DNA of 32,000 nucleotides from Xanthomonas campestris pv. campestris str. ATCC 33913 (GTDB lineage Bacteria; Pseudomonadota; Gammaproteobacteria; Xanthomonadales; Xanthomonadaceae), in contig NC_003902.1 in assembly GCF_000007145.1 (NCBI RefSeq), positions 1,597,436-1,629,435 of the forward strand, written 5' to 3'. The stretch's first letter is position 1; each line of letters opens with the position of its first letter. Both the position numbers and the translations under genes were made by a program. The notes beneath the pieces were generated by a model, which saw only the letters and a list, made by a program, of their open reading frames with translations, did not search any database and was not told the DNA's origin. Positions 8,892-18,862 of the stretch are shown here, piece after piece.

Positions 8892-9668
8892 ATGAGCGTC
8901 AATCTGAAAACCAAAGAAGAAATCGAACTGATGCGCGTCGCCGGCCGTCTGGCCGCCGAGGTGCTCGACGTGGTGGCCCCGCATGTGAAACCAGGCGTGA
9001 CCACTGCCGAGCTGGACCGCATCTGCCACGACCACATCGTCAATGTGCAGGGCACCATCCCGGCCAATGTCGGCTACCGCGGCTTTCCCAAGAGCGTGTG
9101 CACCTCGGTCAACAACGTGATCTGCCACGGCATCCCGAGCGCGGCCAAGGTCCTGAAGGAAGGCGACATCGTCAATATCGATGTCACCGTCATCAAGGAC
9201 GGCTGGCATGGCGATACCAGCCGCATGTATTACGTGGGCACGCCGTCGGTGATGGCCAAGCGCCTGGTGGAAACCACTTACGAGGCAATGTGGCGCGGCA
9301 TCCGTGCGGTCAAGCCGGGCGCGACGCTGGGCGATGTCGGCCATGCCATCCAGAAATTCGCCGAGGCCGAGCGCTTCAGCGTGGTGCGCGATTACTGCGG
9401 CCACGGGATCGGCAAGGTCTATCACGACGAACCGCAGGTGATGCATTACGGCCGGCCGGGCGAGGGCCTGGTGCTCAAGCCGGGCATGACCTTCACCATC
9501 GAGCCGATGATCAACGAAGGCACCTATCACCATAAGACCCTGCCGGACGGCTGGACCGTGGTGACCAAGGACCGCAAGTTGTCCGCGCAGTGGGAACACA
9601 TGGTGGCGGTGACCGAAGACGGCGTGGATGTGCTGACGCTGTCGCCCAACGCCTCCGCGCCGGCATGA
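8892..9668 (+). CDS. map: Methionine aminopeptidase, type I
   Basis: ORF 8745..9668 trimmed to the ATG at 8892. MSVNLKTKEEIELMRVAGRLAAEVLD..., HGIP...L.EGDIVNIDVT..DGWHGDTS, DYCGHGIG, FTIEPM and EHMV are the canonical MetAP metal-ligand blocks. Confidence 0.96.
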   Translation: MSVNLKTKEEIELMRVAGRLAAEVLDVVAPHVKPGVTTAELDRICHDHIVNVQGTIPANVGYRGFPKSVCTSVNNVICHGIPSAAKVLKEGDIVNIDVTVIKDGWHGDTSRMYYVGTPSVMAKRLVETTYEAMWRGIRAVKPGATLGDVGHAIQKFAEAERFSVVRDYCGHGIGKVYHDEPQVMHYGRPGEGLVLKPGMTFTIEPMINEGTYHHKTLPDGWTVVTKDRKLSAQWEHMVAVTEDGVDVLTLSPNASAPA

Positions 9669-12274
9669 CCGCAACGCCGGCGGACCGACCCGATCCGGGC
9701 GTCGCCGGCGACGCCGACTGGGCCGCCGAGGCCCGGCCGCTGCTGGTGCATGCGGACATGCGACTGTGCAAGCGCTTCGACCAGGGCGAGCCGACCGAGC
9801 GCCTGCTCGCCTTGCGCGCGCGCGCCGTCGATCAATTGATGCGCAATGCGTGGACGCGCTGTATCCCCGCCGACGCCGGGCTGTCCTTGCATGCGGTGGG
9901 TGGCTACGGGCGCGGTGAACTGTTTCCGCGTTCGGATGTGGACCTGCTGGTACTGGGCGAGACCGCTGCGCAACAACGCCACGAGCAGGCGCTGGCGCGC
10001 TTGTTTGCGTTGTTGTGGGACGTGGGCCTGCCAATCAGCCATGCGGTGCGTTCCCCCGCGCAATGCACGAGTGCGGCCGCTGACCAGACCGTGCTCACCG
10101 CACTGATCGAATCGCGCCCGCTGGTGGCCGATGCGCAGGCGCGTGCGGCGCTGGCCGCAGCGATCGCGCCGCAGCAGGTGTGGCCGCCGCGCGCGTTCTT
10201 CCAGGCCAAGCGCGAGGAACTACACGCGCGGCATCAGCGCTTCGGCGACACCGCCGACAACCTGGAACCGGACATCAAGGACGGCCCCGGCGGCCTGCGC
10301 GACCTGCAGACGCTGGGCTGGATGGCCTTGCGCGCGTTCGGGGTCAAGGACCTGGAAGCGCTGGTCGGGCTGGGCCATGTCGGCATGGACGAAGCGGCCG
10401 CATTGCGGCGCGAACGCGAAGAGCTCGCGCGCCTGCGCTACGGCTTGCACCTGGTCGCCAACCGGCCGGAAGAACGCCTGCGCTTCGATTACCAGAAGAC
10501 CCTGGCCGAGCGGCTGGGCTTTGCCGACGACCCGGAAAGCCTGGGCGTGGAAAAGATGATGCAGCGCTTTTATCGCAGCGCTGCGTTGATTCGCCGGATC
10601 AGCGACCGCCTGCTGCAGCGCTTCGAAGAGCAGTTCGATGGCGAAGCGGTGCCGGTGCAACTGGACGCCGGTTTCAGCCTGCGCCGCGGCTATCTCACCG
10701 CCGATGCCGACACCTGGCCGGATGGCGATGTGGTGCAGGTGTTTGCGTTGTTCGCGCAATGGGCGGCCCACCGCGAGGTGCGCGGGCTGCATTCGTTGAC
10801 TGCGCGCGCGCTGGCCGAAGTGTTGCGCGATCTACCTGCGTACGACGTTGCCGACGCCATCGCGCGCGACCGGTTCATGGCGCTGCTGCGCGGCCCGCGT
10901 GCGGTGGAAACACTCAATCGCATGGCGCGGCTGGGCGTGCTTGGCCAGTGGATTCCCGCGTTCGCCAGTGTGTCCGGGCGCATGCAGTTCGACCTGTTCC
11001 ATGTCTACACGGTAGATCAGCACACCTTGATGGTGCTGCGGAACATCGCGCTGTTTGCCGCCGGCCGCGCCGACGAGCGTTTTTCGATCACCCATGAAGT
11101 CTGGCCGCGCCTGCGCAAGCCGGAGCTGTTGTTGCTGGCGGGGTTGTTCCATGACATTGCCAAAGGCCGCGGCGGCGACCATTCCGAACTCGGCGCGGTG
11201 GATGCGCGCGCGTTCTGCCTGGCGCATCGGTTGAGCGAAGGCGATACCGAGCTCGTCACGTGGCTGGTGGAGCAGCACCTGCGCATGTCGGTCACCGCGC
11301 AGAAGCAGGACATCTCCGACCCGGAGGTGATTCACCGCTTTGCCACGTTGGTGGGCACGCGCGAGCGCCTGGATTACCTGTATCTGCTGACCTGTGCCGA
11401 CATCGCCGGCACCAGCCCCAAACTGTGGAATGCCTGGAAGGACCGGTTGCTGGCGGATCTGTATTTCGCCGCACGCCGCGCCTTGCGCGAAGGTCTGGAA
11501 CACCCGCCGCCGCGTGAGGAACGCCTGCGCGAAGCGCGCGAATCCGCACGCACGCTGATGCAGGCGCAAGGCCATGACGATGCCACCATCGATCGCCAGT
11601 TTGCGGGCATGCCGGACGAGAATTTCCTGCGTTTCCGGCCCGAGCAATTGGCCTGGCAAGCGGCCTCGTTGATCGAGGTGCAGATCGGCCAGACGCTGGT
11701 CAAGGCGCGCCGCGCGGTGCCCGACAACGACGCGCTGGAAGTGTTCGTGTATTCGCCCGACCGCGATGGATTATTTTCGGCGATCGTGGCCACGCTGGAC
11801 CGCAAGGGCTACGGCATCCACCGCGCCCGCGTGCTGGACGCGCCACACGATGCGATCTTCGACGTGTTCGAAGTGCTGCCGCAGGACAGTTCCGCCGATG
11901 GCGACCCGCAGCGCCTGGCCGCCGCCCTGCGCCAGGTACTGGCGGGCGATCTGCTCAAAGTGCGCCCGTCACGGCGCGCGGTGCCGCGTCAGTTGCGGCA
12001 TTTCCGCTTCGCCCCGCGGGTGGAATTCAGCGAAAGTGCCGGTGGCAGGCGCACCCGCATCAGCCTGGTGGCGCCTGACCGCCCGGGCCTGCTGGCCGAC
12101 GTGGCGCACGTGTTACGCATGCAGCACCTGCGCGTGCACGACGCCCGCATTGCCACCTTCGGCGAGCGCGCCGAAGACCAGTTCCAGATCACCGACGAGC
12201 ACGATCGCCCGTTGCCCGATGCTGCCCGGCAGGCGCTACGCGATGCGCTGTGCGCCTGTCTCGACCCCACCTGA
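9665..12274 (+). CDS. glnD: Bifunctional [protein-PII] uridylyltransferase / uridylyl-removing enzyme
   Basis: ATG at 9665 overlaps the map stop (ATGA). 869 aa. Contains the nucleotidyltransferase motif [21 protein letters not shown], an HD domain ([17 protein letters not shown]) and two C-terminal ACT-like regions. Confidence 0.95.
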   Translation: MTATPADRPDPGVAGDADWAAEARPLLVHADMRLCKRFDQGEPTERLLALRARAVDQLMRNAWTRCIPADAGLSLHAVGGYGRGELFPRSDVDLLVLGETAAQQRHEQALARLFALLWDVGLPISHAVRSPAQCTSAAADQTVLTALIESRPLVADAQARAALAAAIAPQQVWPPRAFFQAKREELHARHQRFGDTADNLEPDIKDGPGGLRDLQTLGWMALRAFGVKDLEALVGLGHVGMDEAAALRREREELARLRYGLHLVANRPEERLRFDYQKTLAERLGFADDPESLGVEKMMQRFYRSAALIRRISDRLLQRFEEQFDGEAVPVQLDAGFSLRRGYLTADADTWPDGDVVQVFALFAQWAAHREVRGLHSLTARALAEVLRDLPAYDVADAIARDRFMALLRGPRAVETLNRMARLGVLGQWIPAFASVSGRMQFDLFHVYTVDQHTLMVLRNIALFAAGRADERFSITHEVWPRLRKPELLLLAGLFHDIAKGRGGDHSELGAVDARAFCLAHRLSEGDTELVTWLVEQHLRMSVTAQKQDISDPEVIHRFATLVGTRERLDYLYLLTCADIAGTSPKLWNAWKDRLLADLYFAARRALREGLEHPPPREERLREARESARTLMQAQGHDDATIDRQFAGMPDENFLRFRPEQLAWQAASLIEVQIGQTLVKARRAVPDNDALEVFVYSPDRDGLFSAIVATLDRKGYGIHRARVLDAPHDAIFDVFEVLPQDSSADGDPQRLAAALRQVLAGDLLKVRPSRRAVPRQLRHFRFAPRVEFSESAGGRRTRISLVAPDRPGLLADVAHVLRMQHLRVHDARIATFGERAEDQFQITDEHDRPLPDAARQALRDALCACLDPT

Positions 12275-12294
12275 GTTCCTCCCGGAGAGCCCCC

Positions 12295-13467
12295 ATGAGC
12301 ACCAAGAAGCCTGCGCGCACGCCGCGCGCGACTCCCGCCAGCGCAGCCGCCAAGCGCGCATCTTCCGCAACGCCCAAGCGCGCGGCCGCGTCCAAGGCTG
12401 CAGCCCCCAAGAAGCCGGCAACCAAGCCGGCCGCCAGCACCGCTGCCGTCGCCAAGCAGAGCGCGCGCCGTAACGCCACCGCCGCGCCAGCGCAGCCGAA
12501 GCAAGCGGCCACCAAGGCGCCGCGCGTTGCCAAGAAGGCGACCACCGTGGTGGCTGCACCGGCCGCCAAGAAGGCCGCAGCGGCCAAGAAGCTGCCGATC
12601 GCCAAGAAGGCCGTGCAGCCCACCGCGCAGGTCAGCAGTGACGAACTCAAGTTCGGTATCGAAAGCGCGTTTGAACGCCGTGCGGCATTAACCATCGACG
12701 AGATCGAAGGCTCCACGCGGGCAATCGTCAATCGTGTCATCGATGGACTGGAAAGCGGCGAGTTCCGTGTTGCCGAGCCGGACGGGCAGGGCGGCTGGAC
12801 CGTCAACGAGTGGTTGAAGAAGGCAGTGCTGCTGTACTTCCGCGTCAACGAGATGGCCGTGATCGATGCGCAGCCGGCGCCGTTCTGGGACAAGGTGGAG
12901 TCGCGCTTTGCCGGCTTCCATGAGGCCGAGTTCCGCCAGGCCGGCGTGCGTGTGGTGCCCGGGGCGGTCGCACGGCGCGGCAGCTATTTCGGCAAGGACG
13001 TGGTGCTGATGCCCAGCTTCACCAATATCGGCGCGTATGTCGGCGAAGGCACCATGGTCGATACCTGGGCCACGGTGGGCTCGTGCGCGCAGATCGGCAA
13101 GCACTGCCACCTGTCCGGCGGTGCCGGCATCGGTGGCGTGCTCGAACCGCTGCAGGCCAGCCCGACCATCATCGAAGACCATTGTTTCATCGGTGCGCGT
13201 TCGGAAGTGGTGGAAGGCGTGGTGATCGGCCATCACAGCGTGATCGGCATGGGCGTGTTCATCAGCCAGAGCACGCGCATCTACAACCGCGCGACCGGCG
13301 AGATTTCCTACGGCTACGTGCCGCCGTACAGCGTGGTGGTGTCCGGCCAGCTGCCATCCAAGGATGGCTCGCATTCGCTGTATTGCGCAGTGATCGTCAA
13401 GCAGGTGGATGCGCGCACGCGCAGCAAGACCAGCGTGAATGAATTGCTGCGCGGTCTTGCCGATTGA
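12295..13467 (+). CDS. dapD: 2,3,4,5-tetrahydropyridine-2,6-dicarboxylate N-succinyltransferase with a Lys/Ala/Pro-rich N-terminal extension
   Basis: Residues from about 122 onward ([17 protein letters not shown] ... [71 protein letters not shown] ... [25 protein letters not shown]) are collinear with E. coli DapD as I recall it. ATG 12295 has GGAGAG 6 nt upstream. The only alternative start near the catalytic domain is the in-frame GTG at 12613. Confidence 0.85.
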   Translation: MSTKKPARTPRATPASAAAKRASSATPKRAAASKAAAPKKPATKPAASTAAVAKQSARRNATAAPAQPKQAATKAPRVAKKATTVVAAPAAKKAAAAKKLPIAKKAVQPTAQVSSDELKFGIESAFERRAALTIDEIEGSTRAIVNRVIDGLESGEFRVAEPDGQGGWTVNEWLKKAVLLYFRVNEMAVIDAQPAPFWDKVESRFAGFHEAEFRQAGVRVVPGAVARRGSYFGKDVVLMPSFTNIGAYVGEGTMVDTWATVGSCAQIGKHCHLSGGAGIGGVLEPLQASPTIIEDHCFIGARSEVVEGVVIGHHSVIGMGVFISQSTRIYNRATGEISYGYVPPYSVVVSGQLPSKDGSHSLYCAVIVKQVDARTRSKTSVNELLRGLAD

Positions 13468-13937
13468 GTACAGCACACGCACACGCCGGCACCCTGCTGT
13501 CGCGTCCGGCCAGTGGCTGGATCCGATGGGGCATCCCGGCCCTGTGGCTGTGTTGGGTTGCGGTCTACGTGGCGGGCTCGCTGGTGCGCGACGGCGTCCC
13601 GCAGCAATTGGATGCGTTGCGCTGGCTGGCGCCTGTCGCGATGGTGGGGCTGACTGTGCGGTACCTCGTGTTGTGCAGGCGATGGGCGCAGGTGCGCGAT
13701 GCCGGCGATGCGCTGGAGATCGTGCAGCAGGGACGATCGCAGCGTGTGGACCTTGCGCAGTTGCGTGCGGTCGATCCCGCCTGGGTGATGCCGCCGGCGC
13801 GGCTGGCATTGAAATTCCACGGTGAGCGCATACCGGTGGTGTTCCTGCCTGCGCACGGGCGAGGCTCCGCCGCGTTGGCTACTACCCTGCTGGCGCGTGC
13901 AGACGCGCGCCAGGCAGTTGAAGAGATGACGACATGA
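13464..13937 (+). CDS. Hypothetical small membrane protein (two predicted TM helices plus a soluble C-terminal domain, possibly bacterial PH-like)
   Basis: 157-codon ORF with high third-position GC. The TTG start overlaps the dapD stop (TTGA) and its stop overlaps the next ATG (ATGA). Hydrophobic segments are [20 protein letters not shown] and [17 protein letters not shown]. No alternative start is available. Confidence 0.55.
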   Translation: MSTAHAHAGTLLSRPASGWIRWGIPALWLCWVAVYVAGSLVRDGVPQQLDALRWLAPVAMVGLTVRYLVLCRRWAQVRDAGDALEIVQQGRSQRVDLAQLRAVDPAWVMPPARLALKFHGERIPVVFLPAHGRGSAALATTLLARADARQAVEEMTT

Positions 13938-14290
13938 CCACGGTATATGGATTGAAGAACTGCGATACCTGCAAAAAGGCCACCAAGTGGCTGGATCGCT
14001 TTGGCGTTGCCTACACGTTCGTGGATTACCGCGAGCACACGCCCGCACCGGACACCTTGCTGGAATGGGCCGGTAAAGCCGGTGGATTCGATGCCTTGAT
14101 CAACAAGTCCTCGACCACGTGGCGGCAGTTGCCCGACAACAAGAAAACGCCCGGCTCGGAGGCAGAGTGGAAGCTGCTGCTCCGCGAGTACCCGCAATTG
14201 ATCCGTCGGCCGGTGGTGCTGACCGACGATGGCACGCTGAGCCAGGGGTTCTCCGACAACGGCTTCAAGGCGCGCTTCGCCGTGGGTTGA
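13934..14290 (+). CDS. ArsC-family reductase, YffB-like (Spx/ArsC fold)
   Basis: [34 protein letters not shown]...TTWRQL...LIRRPVV matches the YffB pattern, as I recall YffB. yffB lies directly upstream of dapE in E. coli too. Confidence 0.85.
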   Translation: MTTVYGLKNCDTCKKATKWLDRFGVAYTFVDYREHTPAPDTLLEWAGKAGGFDALINKSSTTWRQLPDNKKTPGSEAEWKLLLREYPQLIRRPVVLTDDGTLSQGFSDNGFKARFAVG

Positions 14291-14398
14291 ACCTGCGCGG
14301 CAACATCGCTTCGCCTGGCGGCCCGCGCGGTGGTGCGCGTTGCCGCATGCTGCACTCCCACGCATGCGCTGCATGCAGTCCCTTGCCAAGAGACCCTG

Positions 14399-15529
14399 AT
14401 GACCAGCGACGTCCTGCAACTGACCTGCGACCTCATCGCACGCGCCTCGGTGACGCCTGCCGATGCGGGCTGCCAGGCGCTCATCGCCGATCGCCTGAGC
14501 GCTGCCGGCTTCGCGTGCGAACACCTGCGGCTGGGCGCCGTCGATAACCTGTGGGCCACGCACGGCAGTGGCGCGCCCGTGCTGGTGTTGCTGGGGCACA
14601 CCGACGTGGTGCCCCCCGGGCCGGCGAGCGATTGGGCCAGCGACCCATTCGCGCCGCAGGTGCGCGATGGCGTGTTGTACGGACGCGGTGCGGCCGATAT
14701 GAAAGGCAGCGTGGCTGCGTTCGTGGTGGCTGCCGAGCAGTTTGTGGCTGCCCATCCGGAGCATCCGGGCACGCTGGCGGTGCTGCTGACCAGCGACGAG
14801 GAAGGGGACGCCATCGACGGCGTGCGCCATGTGGCCCGGCTGTTTGCCGAGCGCGGCCAGCAGATCGACTGGTGCATCACCGGTGAGCCATCGTCCACCG
14901 AGCGGCTGGGCGATCTGCTGCGGGTGGGCCGCCGTGGCAGCCTGTCCGGCAACCTGATCGTCAAGGGCGTGCAAGGCCACGTGGCGTACCCGCACAAGGC
15001 GCGCAATCCGATCCACCTGGCGGCGCCTGCGCTGGCCGAATTGATCGCGCGGCAATGGGACGATGGCTTCGAAAGCTTCCCGCCTACCAGCCTGCAGATT
15101 TCAAATATCCACGCCGGCACTGGCGCCAATAACGTGATTCCCGGCGAGCTGCAGGTGGCCTTCAATCTGCGCTACACGCCGCACTGGAATGCCGAAACGC
15201 TCGAGCGCGAGATCGTCGCGCTGCTGGAGCGGCATGCGCTGACTTACACGCTGGCCTGGCATCGCAGCGGCGAGCCGTTCTACACGCCCGAAGGCACGCT
15301 GCGGCGCGTGGCCCGCGAAGTGCTCGGCGCATTTGTCGGTGCACCGCCGGAGGAGAGCACCGGCGGCGGCACCTCCGATGCGCGCTTCATCGCACCGCTG
15401 GGTGCGCAATGCATCGAGGTCGGCCCGGTCAATGCATCGATCCATCAGGTGGACGAGCACGTGCGCGTGGCCGATCTGGAAGCGCTGCCGGCGCTGTACC
15501 GCACGCTCGTCGAGCGTCTGCTGGTCTGA
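14399..15529 (+). CDS. dapE: Succinyl-diaminopimelate desuccinylase
   Basis: ORF 14330..15529 trimmed to the ATG at 14399. [26 protein letters not shown]..., [26 protein letters not shown] and GGTSDARF are M20-family DapE blocks. Confidence 0.93.
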   Translation: MTSDVLQLTCDLIARASVTPADAGCQALIADRLSAAGFACEHLRLGAVDNLWATHGSGAPVLVLLGHTDVVPPGPASDWASDPFAPQVRDGVLYGRGAADMKGSVAAFVVAAEQFVAAHPEHPGTLAVLLTSDEEGDAIDGVRHVARLFAERGQQIDWCITGEPSSTERLGDLLRVGRRGSLSGNLIVKGVQGHVAYPHKARNPIHLAAPALAELIARQWDDGFESFPPTSLQISNIHAGTGANNVIPGELQVAFNLRYTPHWNAETLEREIVALLERHALTYTLAWHRSGEPFYTPEGTLRRVAREVLGAFVGAPPEESTGGGTSDARFIAPLGAQCIEVGPVNASIHQVDEHVRVADLEALPALYRTLVERLLV

Positions 15530-15722
15530 GGTGTTGCAGACGCTTCAGGCCGACATTGTGACGCGCGCGGTGCGCGACGCTCGTCACTGCCGGCAGCGAT
15601 GCGTGGCAGTTAGATCCCGGTGTGCGCGTCAAGCAGTGTGCGCTGCGGACTTGGTGCTGCAGCGGCATCTCGGTTACACCGCGCCATGCTGTCGCGCCGT
15701 ACGAATGCACCAGCGAGAGTGC

Positions 15723-16595
15723 CTAGTCGAAGGTCCAGAACGGCGGTTTGATCGCCTCGCGCCAATGCGATGCGTCGGCGATGTAAAACCGCTGTGCGGA
15801 CGCCTTGGCAAACCAGATCGCCGCGGTTTCCTCGTCGCGCGTTACCCCACTGCTGCCGCGTCCCAGCAGTAGGGCGTAGAAATATTGCCCATACACATTG
15901 CCCTGGTCGGCCGCGCGTCGATACCAGCGCAGCGCTTCGGCACCATCCCTGTTCATACCGCCCATCCCCTTTTCGTAGAGCGCGCCAAGATCGACCTGCG
16001 CCTCGGCGTCACCGCCACGCGCACGGCGTTGGATGTCGCGCACCAGCGGATGGATGTCGCCGTCGCGTGGCGCGATGGCGGCGGGAAGCCCTGACGGTCC
16101 GGAGGCGGCGCGCTCGTAGATCGCGACGCGCAGATCCCAGCGCAACGCGGCGGCCGCTTCGCCGCGCTCACGGTGGAATTTGGCGAGCTCGCGAATGGCA
16201 TACGGGTTGCCGTGCATGGCCGCCGCCAGATACCAGCGCTCGCCCTTGCGTGGCGATGCCCGCAACGCCGCGCGCTGGTCGATGTAGGGGCTGTCTGCAT
16301 GCGTAAGCGTGCCGCTTGCCCAGATCCGGCCCAGTGCCAGCTCGGCAAGGGCATTGCGGAAGGTCCACGGCGTGGTTGCGGCGGCACGCTCATACCAGCC
16401 GATGGCGCGCGGATCGTTGCGGCTCTCCAGTTGGCTGGCGACCTCCCAGATGCTGTCAAAACTACCATCGGCAGCCGTCTGCTCCAGCTGTCGCAGTTTG
16501 GCAGGTTCGGTGCGCGGCGCCGTCGTGCTGCACCCTTGCAGCAGCACGAGTGGGATAAGGGCCGCAAACGCCAGGCGTCCGATGCGTGGGGTCAT
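15723..16595 (-). CDS. Sel1/TPR-like repeat lipoprotein
   Basis: ORF 15723..17213 trimmed to the ATG at 16595 (GGAAG 8 nt upstream). Lipoprotein-type signal MTPRIGRLAFAALIPLVLLQGC/S. Has Sel1-like repeats (A..WYERAA, AEAQVDLGALYEKGMGGMNRDGAEALRWYRRAADQGNVYGQYFYALLL). The upstream 206 codons of the track ORF run across the asnB leader and are not credible. Confidence 0.75.
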   Translation of the reverse strand: MTPRIGRLAFAALIPLVLLQGCSTTAPRTEPAKLRQLEQTAADGSFDSIWEVASQLESRNDPRAIGWYERAAATTPWTFRNALAELALGRIWASGTLTHADSPYIDQRAALRASPRKGERWYLAAAMHGNPYAIRELAKFHRERGEAAAALRWDLRVAIYERAASGPSGLPAAIAPRDGDIHPLVRDIQRRARGGDAEAQVDLGALYEKGMGGMNRDGAEALRWYRRAADQGNVYGQYFYALLLGRGSSGVTRDEETAAIWFAKASAQRFYIADASHWREAIKPPFWTFD

Positions 16596-16741
16596 TGCAG
16601 AGGCTTCCGACGACGGGGGCGACATTATCCGCGCAACGCGTCCGCGATCGCGCGGCGGCCTTGGAATGCCGGGCTTGCCGGCCCTGCTTGGTTGCCATCG
16701 CAACAGTTGCGTCGCCGCTGAAAGCGGGATACGGTCGGCCC

Positions 16742-16834
16742 ATGACATCGTTTCTGTCCAACGTCGCCAACGCCAATCACCGCAGCAATCTGCGCGCGAA
16801 TAATCGTGCGCGGCCGATGCGGGTCTGCGACTAG
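16742..16834 (+). CDS. Candidate Asn-rich leader peptide (30 aa) of an asnB attenuator
   Basis: atg aca tcg ttt ctg tcc AAC gtc gcc AAC gcc AAT cac cgc agc AAT ctg cgc gcg AAT AAT cgt gcg cgg ccg atg cgg gtc tgc gac tag. 6 of 30 codons are Asn. The ORF runs through the antiterminator 5' segment. RBS is weak or unclear. Confidence 0.35.
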   Translation: MTSFLSNVANANHRSNLRANNRARPMRVCD

Positions 16835-16883
16835 GCGAAGTACCAACACACACGCCCAGTTTCCAGAAAACCCGCATCGGCCG
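16811..16883 (+). promoter_or_regulatory. Candidate antiterminator helix of the asnB leader
   Basis: 14 nt CGGCCGATGCGGGT at 16811-16824 is an exact direct repeat of 16878-16891. It is therefore fully complementary to 16870-16883, which contains the whole 5' arm of the terminator. Confidence 0.45.
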
Positions 16884-16898
16884 ATGCGGGTTTTTTTT
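16867..16898 (+). terminator. Intrinsic terminator inside the asnB 5' leader (attenuator)
   Basis: AAAA-CCCGCATCGG/CCGATGCGGG-TTTTTTTT. The 20-nt palindrome is at 16871-16890 and the T8 run at 16891-16898. It ends 67 nt upstream of the asnB ATG, and no plus-strand gene lies upstream for it to terminate. Confidence 0.75.
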
Positions 16899-16964
16899 AT
16901 GGGTGATGTCTTGCACCGTGTTGATCCTTCGGCCGCCCATCACGACTTTTCCAGGAGTGTTTCC

Positions 16965-18659
16965 ATGTGTTCCATCTTCGGTATCTTCGGCCTGCAACCC
17001 GGCGACGACCTGCAGGCCCTGCGCCGGCAGGCCCTGGAATGTTCGCAGCGGCAACGCCATCGCGGGCCGGACTGGAGCGGCGTGTACGTCGATGCCGGTG
17101 CCATCCTGGTGCACGAGCGTCTGGCCATCGTCGACCCGGCGGGCGGTTCGCAGCCGCTGTTGTCGGAGGACGGCAGCCTGGCGTTGGCAGTCAACGGCGA
17201 GATCTATAACCATCGCGAACTCAAGGCCGAGCTATTGCAGCCGTACGCTTTTCAGACCGGCTCGGACTGCGAAGTGATCAATGCGCTGTACCGCGAAGAT
17301 GCACCGGCCTCCTATCTCAACCGCCTCAATGGCATCTTCGCCTTTGCGTTGTGGGACAAGGCCGCGGGGCGGGTGATCATCGCGCGCGACCCGATTGGCG
17401 TGGTGCCGTTGTACTGGGGACACGACCGCGAAGGCCGCCTGCGCGTGGCGTCCGAACTCAAGTCGCTGGTGGACGATTGCGCCGATGCCGCGCAGTTTCC
17501 GCCTGGCCATTGGTACGACAGCGCCACCGGCGCATTGAGCCGCTACTACGAGCGCTCGTGGCGCGAATACAGCGAAGTGGAAAATGTGCAGGTGCCGCTG
17601 CAAGAGCTGCGTGAGGCGTTCGAGCGCGCGGTGCATCGCCAGCTGATGACCGATGTGCCCTACGGTGTGCTGCTGTCCGGTGGCCTGGATTCGTCGTTGG
17701 TGGCGGCGGTGGCCGCACGCTACGCGCGGCACCGCATCGAAGAGAACGACACCACCGAAGCCTGGTGGCCGCGTCTGCATTCGTTCGCAATCGGCCTGAC
17801 CGGCTCGCCGGATCTGGCCGCTGCCGAAGTGGCCGCCGCCGCGCTCGGTACCGTGCACCATGGCTTCGAATACAGCTTTGAAGAAGGCCTGGATGCGTTG
17901 CCGGAAGTGATCCGCCATATCGAAACCTATGACGTGACCACGATTCGTGCGTCCACGCCGATGTTCCTGCTGGCGCGGCGCATCAAGGCGATGGGCGTCA
18001 AGATGGTGCTGTCCGGCGAAGGCAGCGACGAGATCTTCGGTGGCTACCTGTACTTCCACAAGGCACCGAACGCACGCGAATTCCACGAAGAACTGGTGCG
18101 CAAGCTCGATGCGCTCAACAACTACGATTGCCTGCGCGCCAACAAGTCGATGATGGCCTGGGGCGTGGAACCGCGCGTGCCGTTCCTGGATCGCGAATTC
18201 CTGGACGTGGCGATGCGCATGGACGCGCGCTTCAAGATGATCGACAAGACCAGCACCGGTGCCACCCGCATCGAGAAGGGCATCTTGCGCGAGGCATTTG
18301 CCGGCTATCTGCCGGAATCGATCCTGTGGCGGCAGAAGGAGCAATTCAGCGATGGCGTTGGTTATGGCTGGATCGACGGCCTCAAGGCACATGCCGCCGC
18401 GCACGTGAGCGATCGCGAACTGGCGGCGGCCGATCGGCGCTTCCCGGTGAACCCGCCGCAGACCAAGGAAGCGTATTTCTACCGCAGTCTGTTCGAGCAA
18501 TTCTTCCCCAGCCAGGCCGCTGCGGAGACGGTGCCGGGTGGCAAATCCATCGCGTGTTCGTCGCCGACGGCCATTGCCTGGGACGCGAGCTTTGCGGCGA
18601 TGGCCGATCCGTCGGGCCGTGCGATTGCCGGCGTGCACGCGCAGGCGTTGGCGTCCTGA
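16965..18659 (+). CDS. asnB: Asparagine synthetase B (glutamine-hydrolysing)
   Basis: ORF 16806..18659 trimmed to the ATG at 16965 (AGGAG 7 nt upstream). MCSIFGIFG... provides the N-terminal Cys nucleophile. Also has HRGPDWSG, LAVNGEIYNH and the SGGLDSS PP-loop. Confidence 0.96.
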   Translation: MCSIFGIFGLQPGDDLQALRRQALECSQRQRHRGPDWSGVYVDAGAILVHERLAIVDPAGGSQPLLSEDGSLALAVNGEIYNHRELKAELLQPYAFQTGSDCEVINALYREDAPASYLNRLNGIFAFALWDKAAGRVIIARDPIGVVPLYWGHDREGRLRVASELKSLVDDCADAAQFPPGHWYDSATGALSRYYERSWREYSEVENVQVPLQELREAFERAVHRQLMTDVPYGVLLSGGLDSSLVAAVAARYARHRIEENDTTEAWWPRLHSFAIGLTGSPDLAAAEVAAAALGTVHHGFEYSFEEGLDALPEVIRHIETYDVTTIRASTPMFLLARRIKAMGVKMVLSGEGSDEIFGGYLYFHKAPNAREFHEELVRKLDALNNYDCLRANKSMMAWGVEPRVPFLDREFLDVAMRMDARFKMIDKTSTGATRIEKGILREAFAGYLPESILWRQKEQFSDGVGYGWIDGLKAHAAAHVSDRELAAADRRFPVNPPQTKEAYFYRSLFEQFFPSQAAAETVPGGKSIACSSPTAIAWDASFAAMADPSGRAIAGVHAQALAS

Positions 18660-18862
18660 TCAAATCGTGTGTGCTACAGCATGGCCAGCAGCTGAGGGTT
18701 GCTGGTCATGCCAGTGCGTTGCTTCGAGCGGCGTAGAAAACATAGTCAGCAACCACCAGGTAGGTGCGGACGGTGCGGGGAACCAAAGCGTACGTATACC
18801 TGCAGATTCCGAGCACCGGCCGCGCCCGCCTGGTGGCTGCGTAGCGGTTTTGATCGCTGCGC

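Noticed and set aside
12189-12893. 234-aa minus-strand ORF opposite the DapD N-terminal extension.
   Set aside because: It is the mirror-image low-complexity (Ala/Leu/Phe-rich) translation of the AKP-coding repeats. It has no start context and overlaps the glnD end and dapD.
15723-17213. Full 496-aa version of the Sel1-protein ORF.
   Set aside because: Only the last 290 codons, from ATG 16595, have a lipoprotein signal and Sel1 repeats. The upstream part runs antisense through the asnB start, leader and terminator and looks like random high-GC translation.
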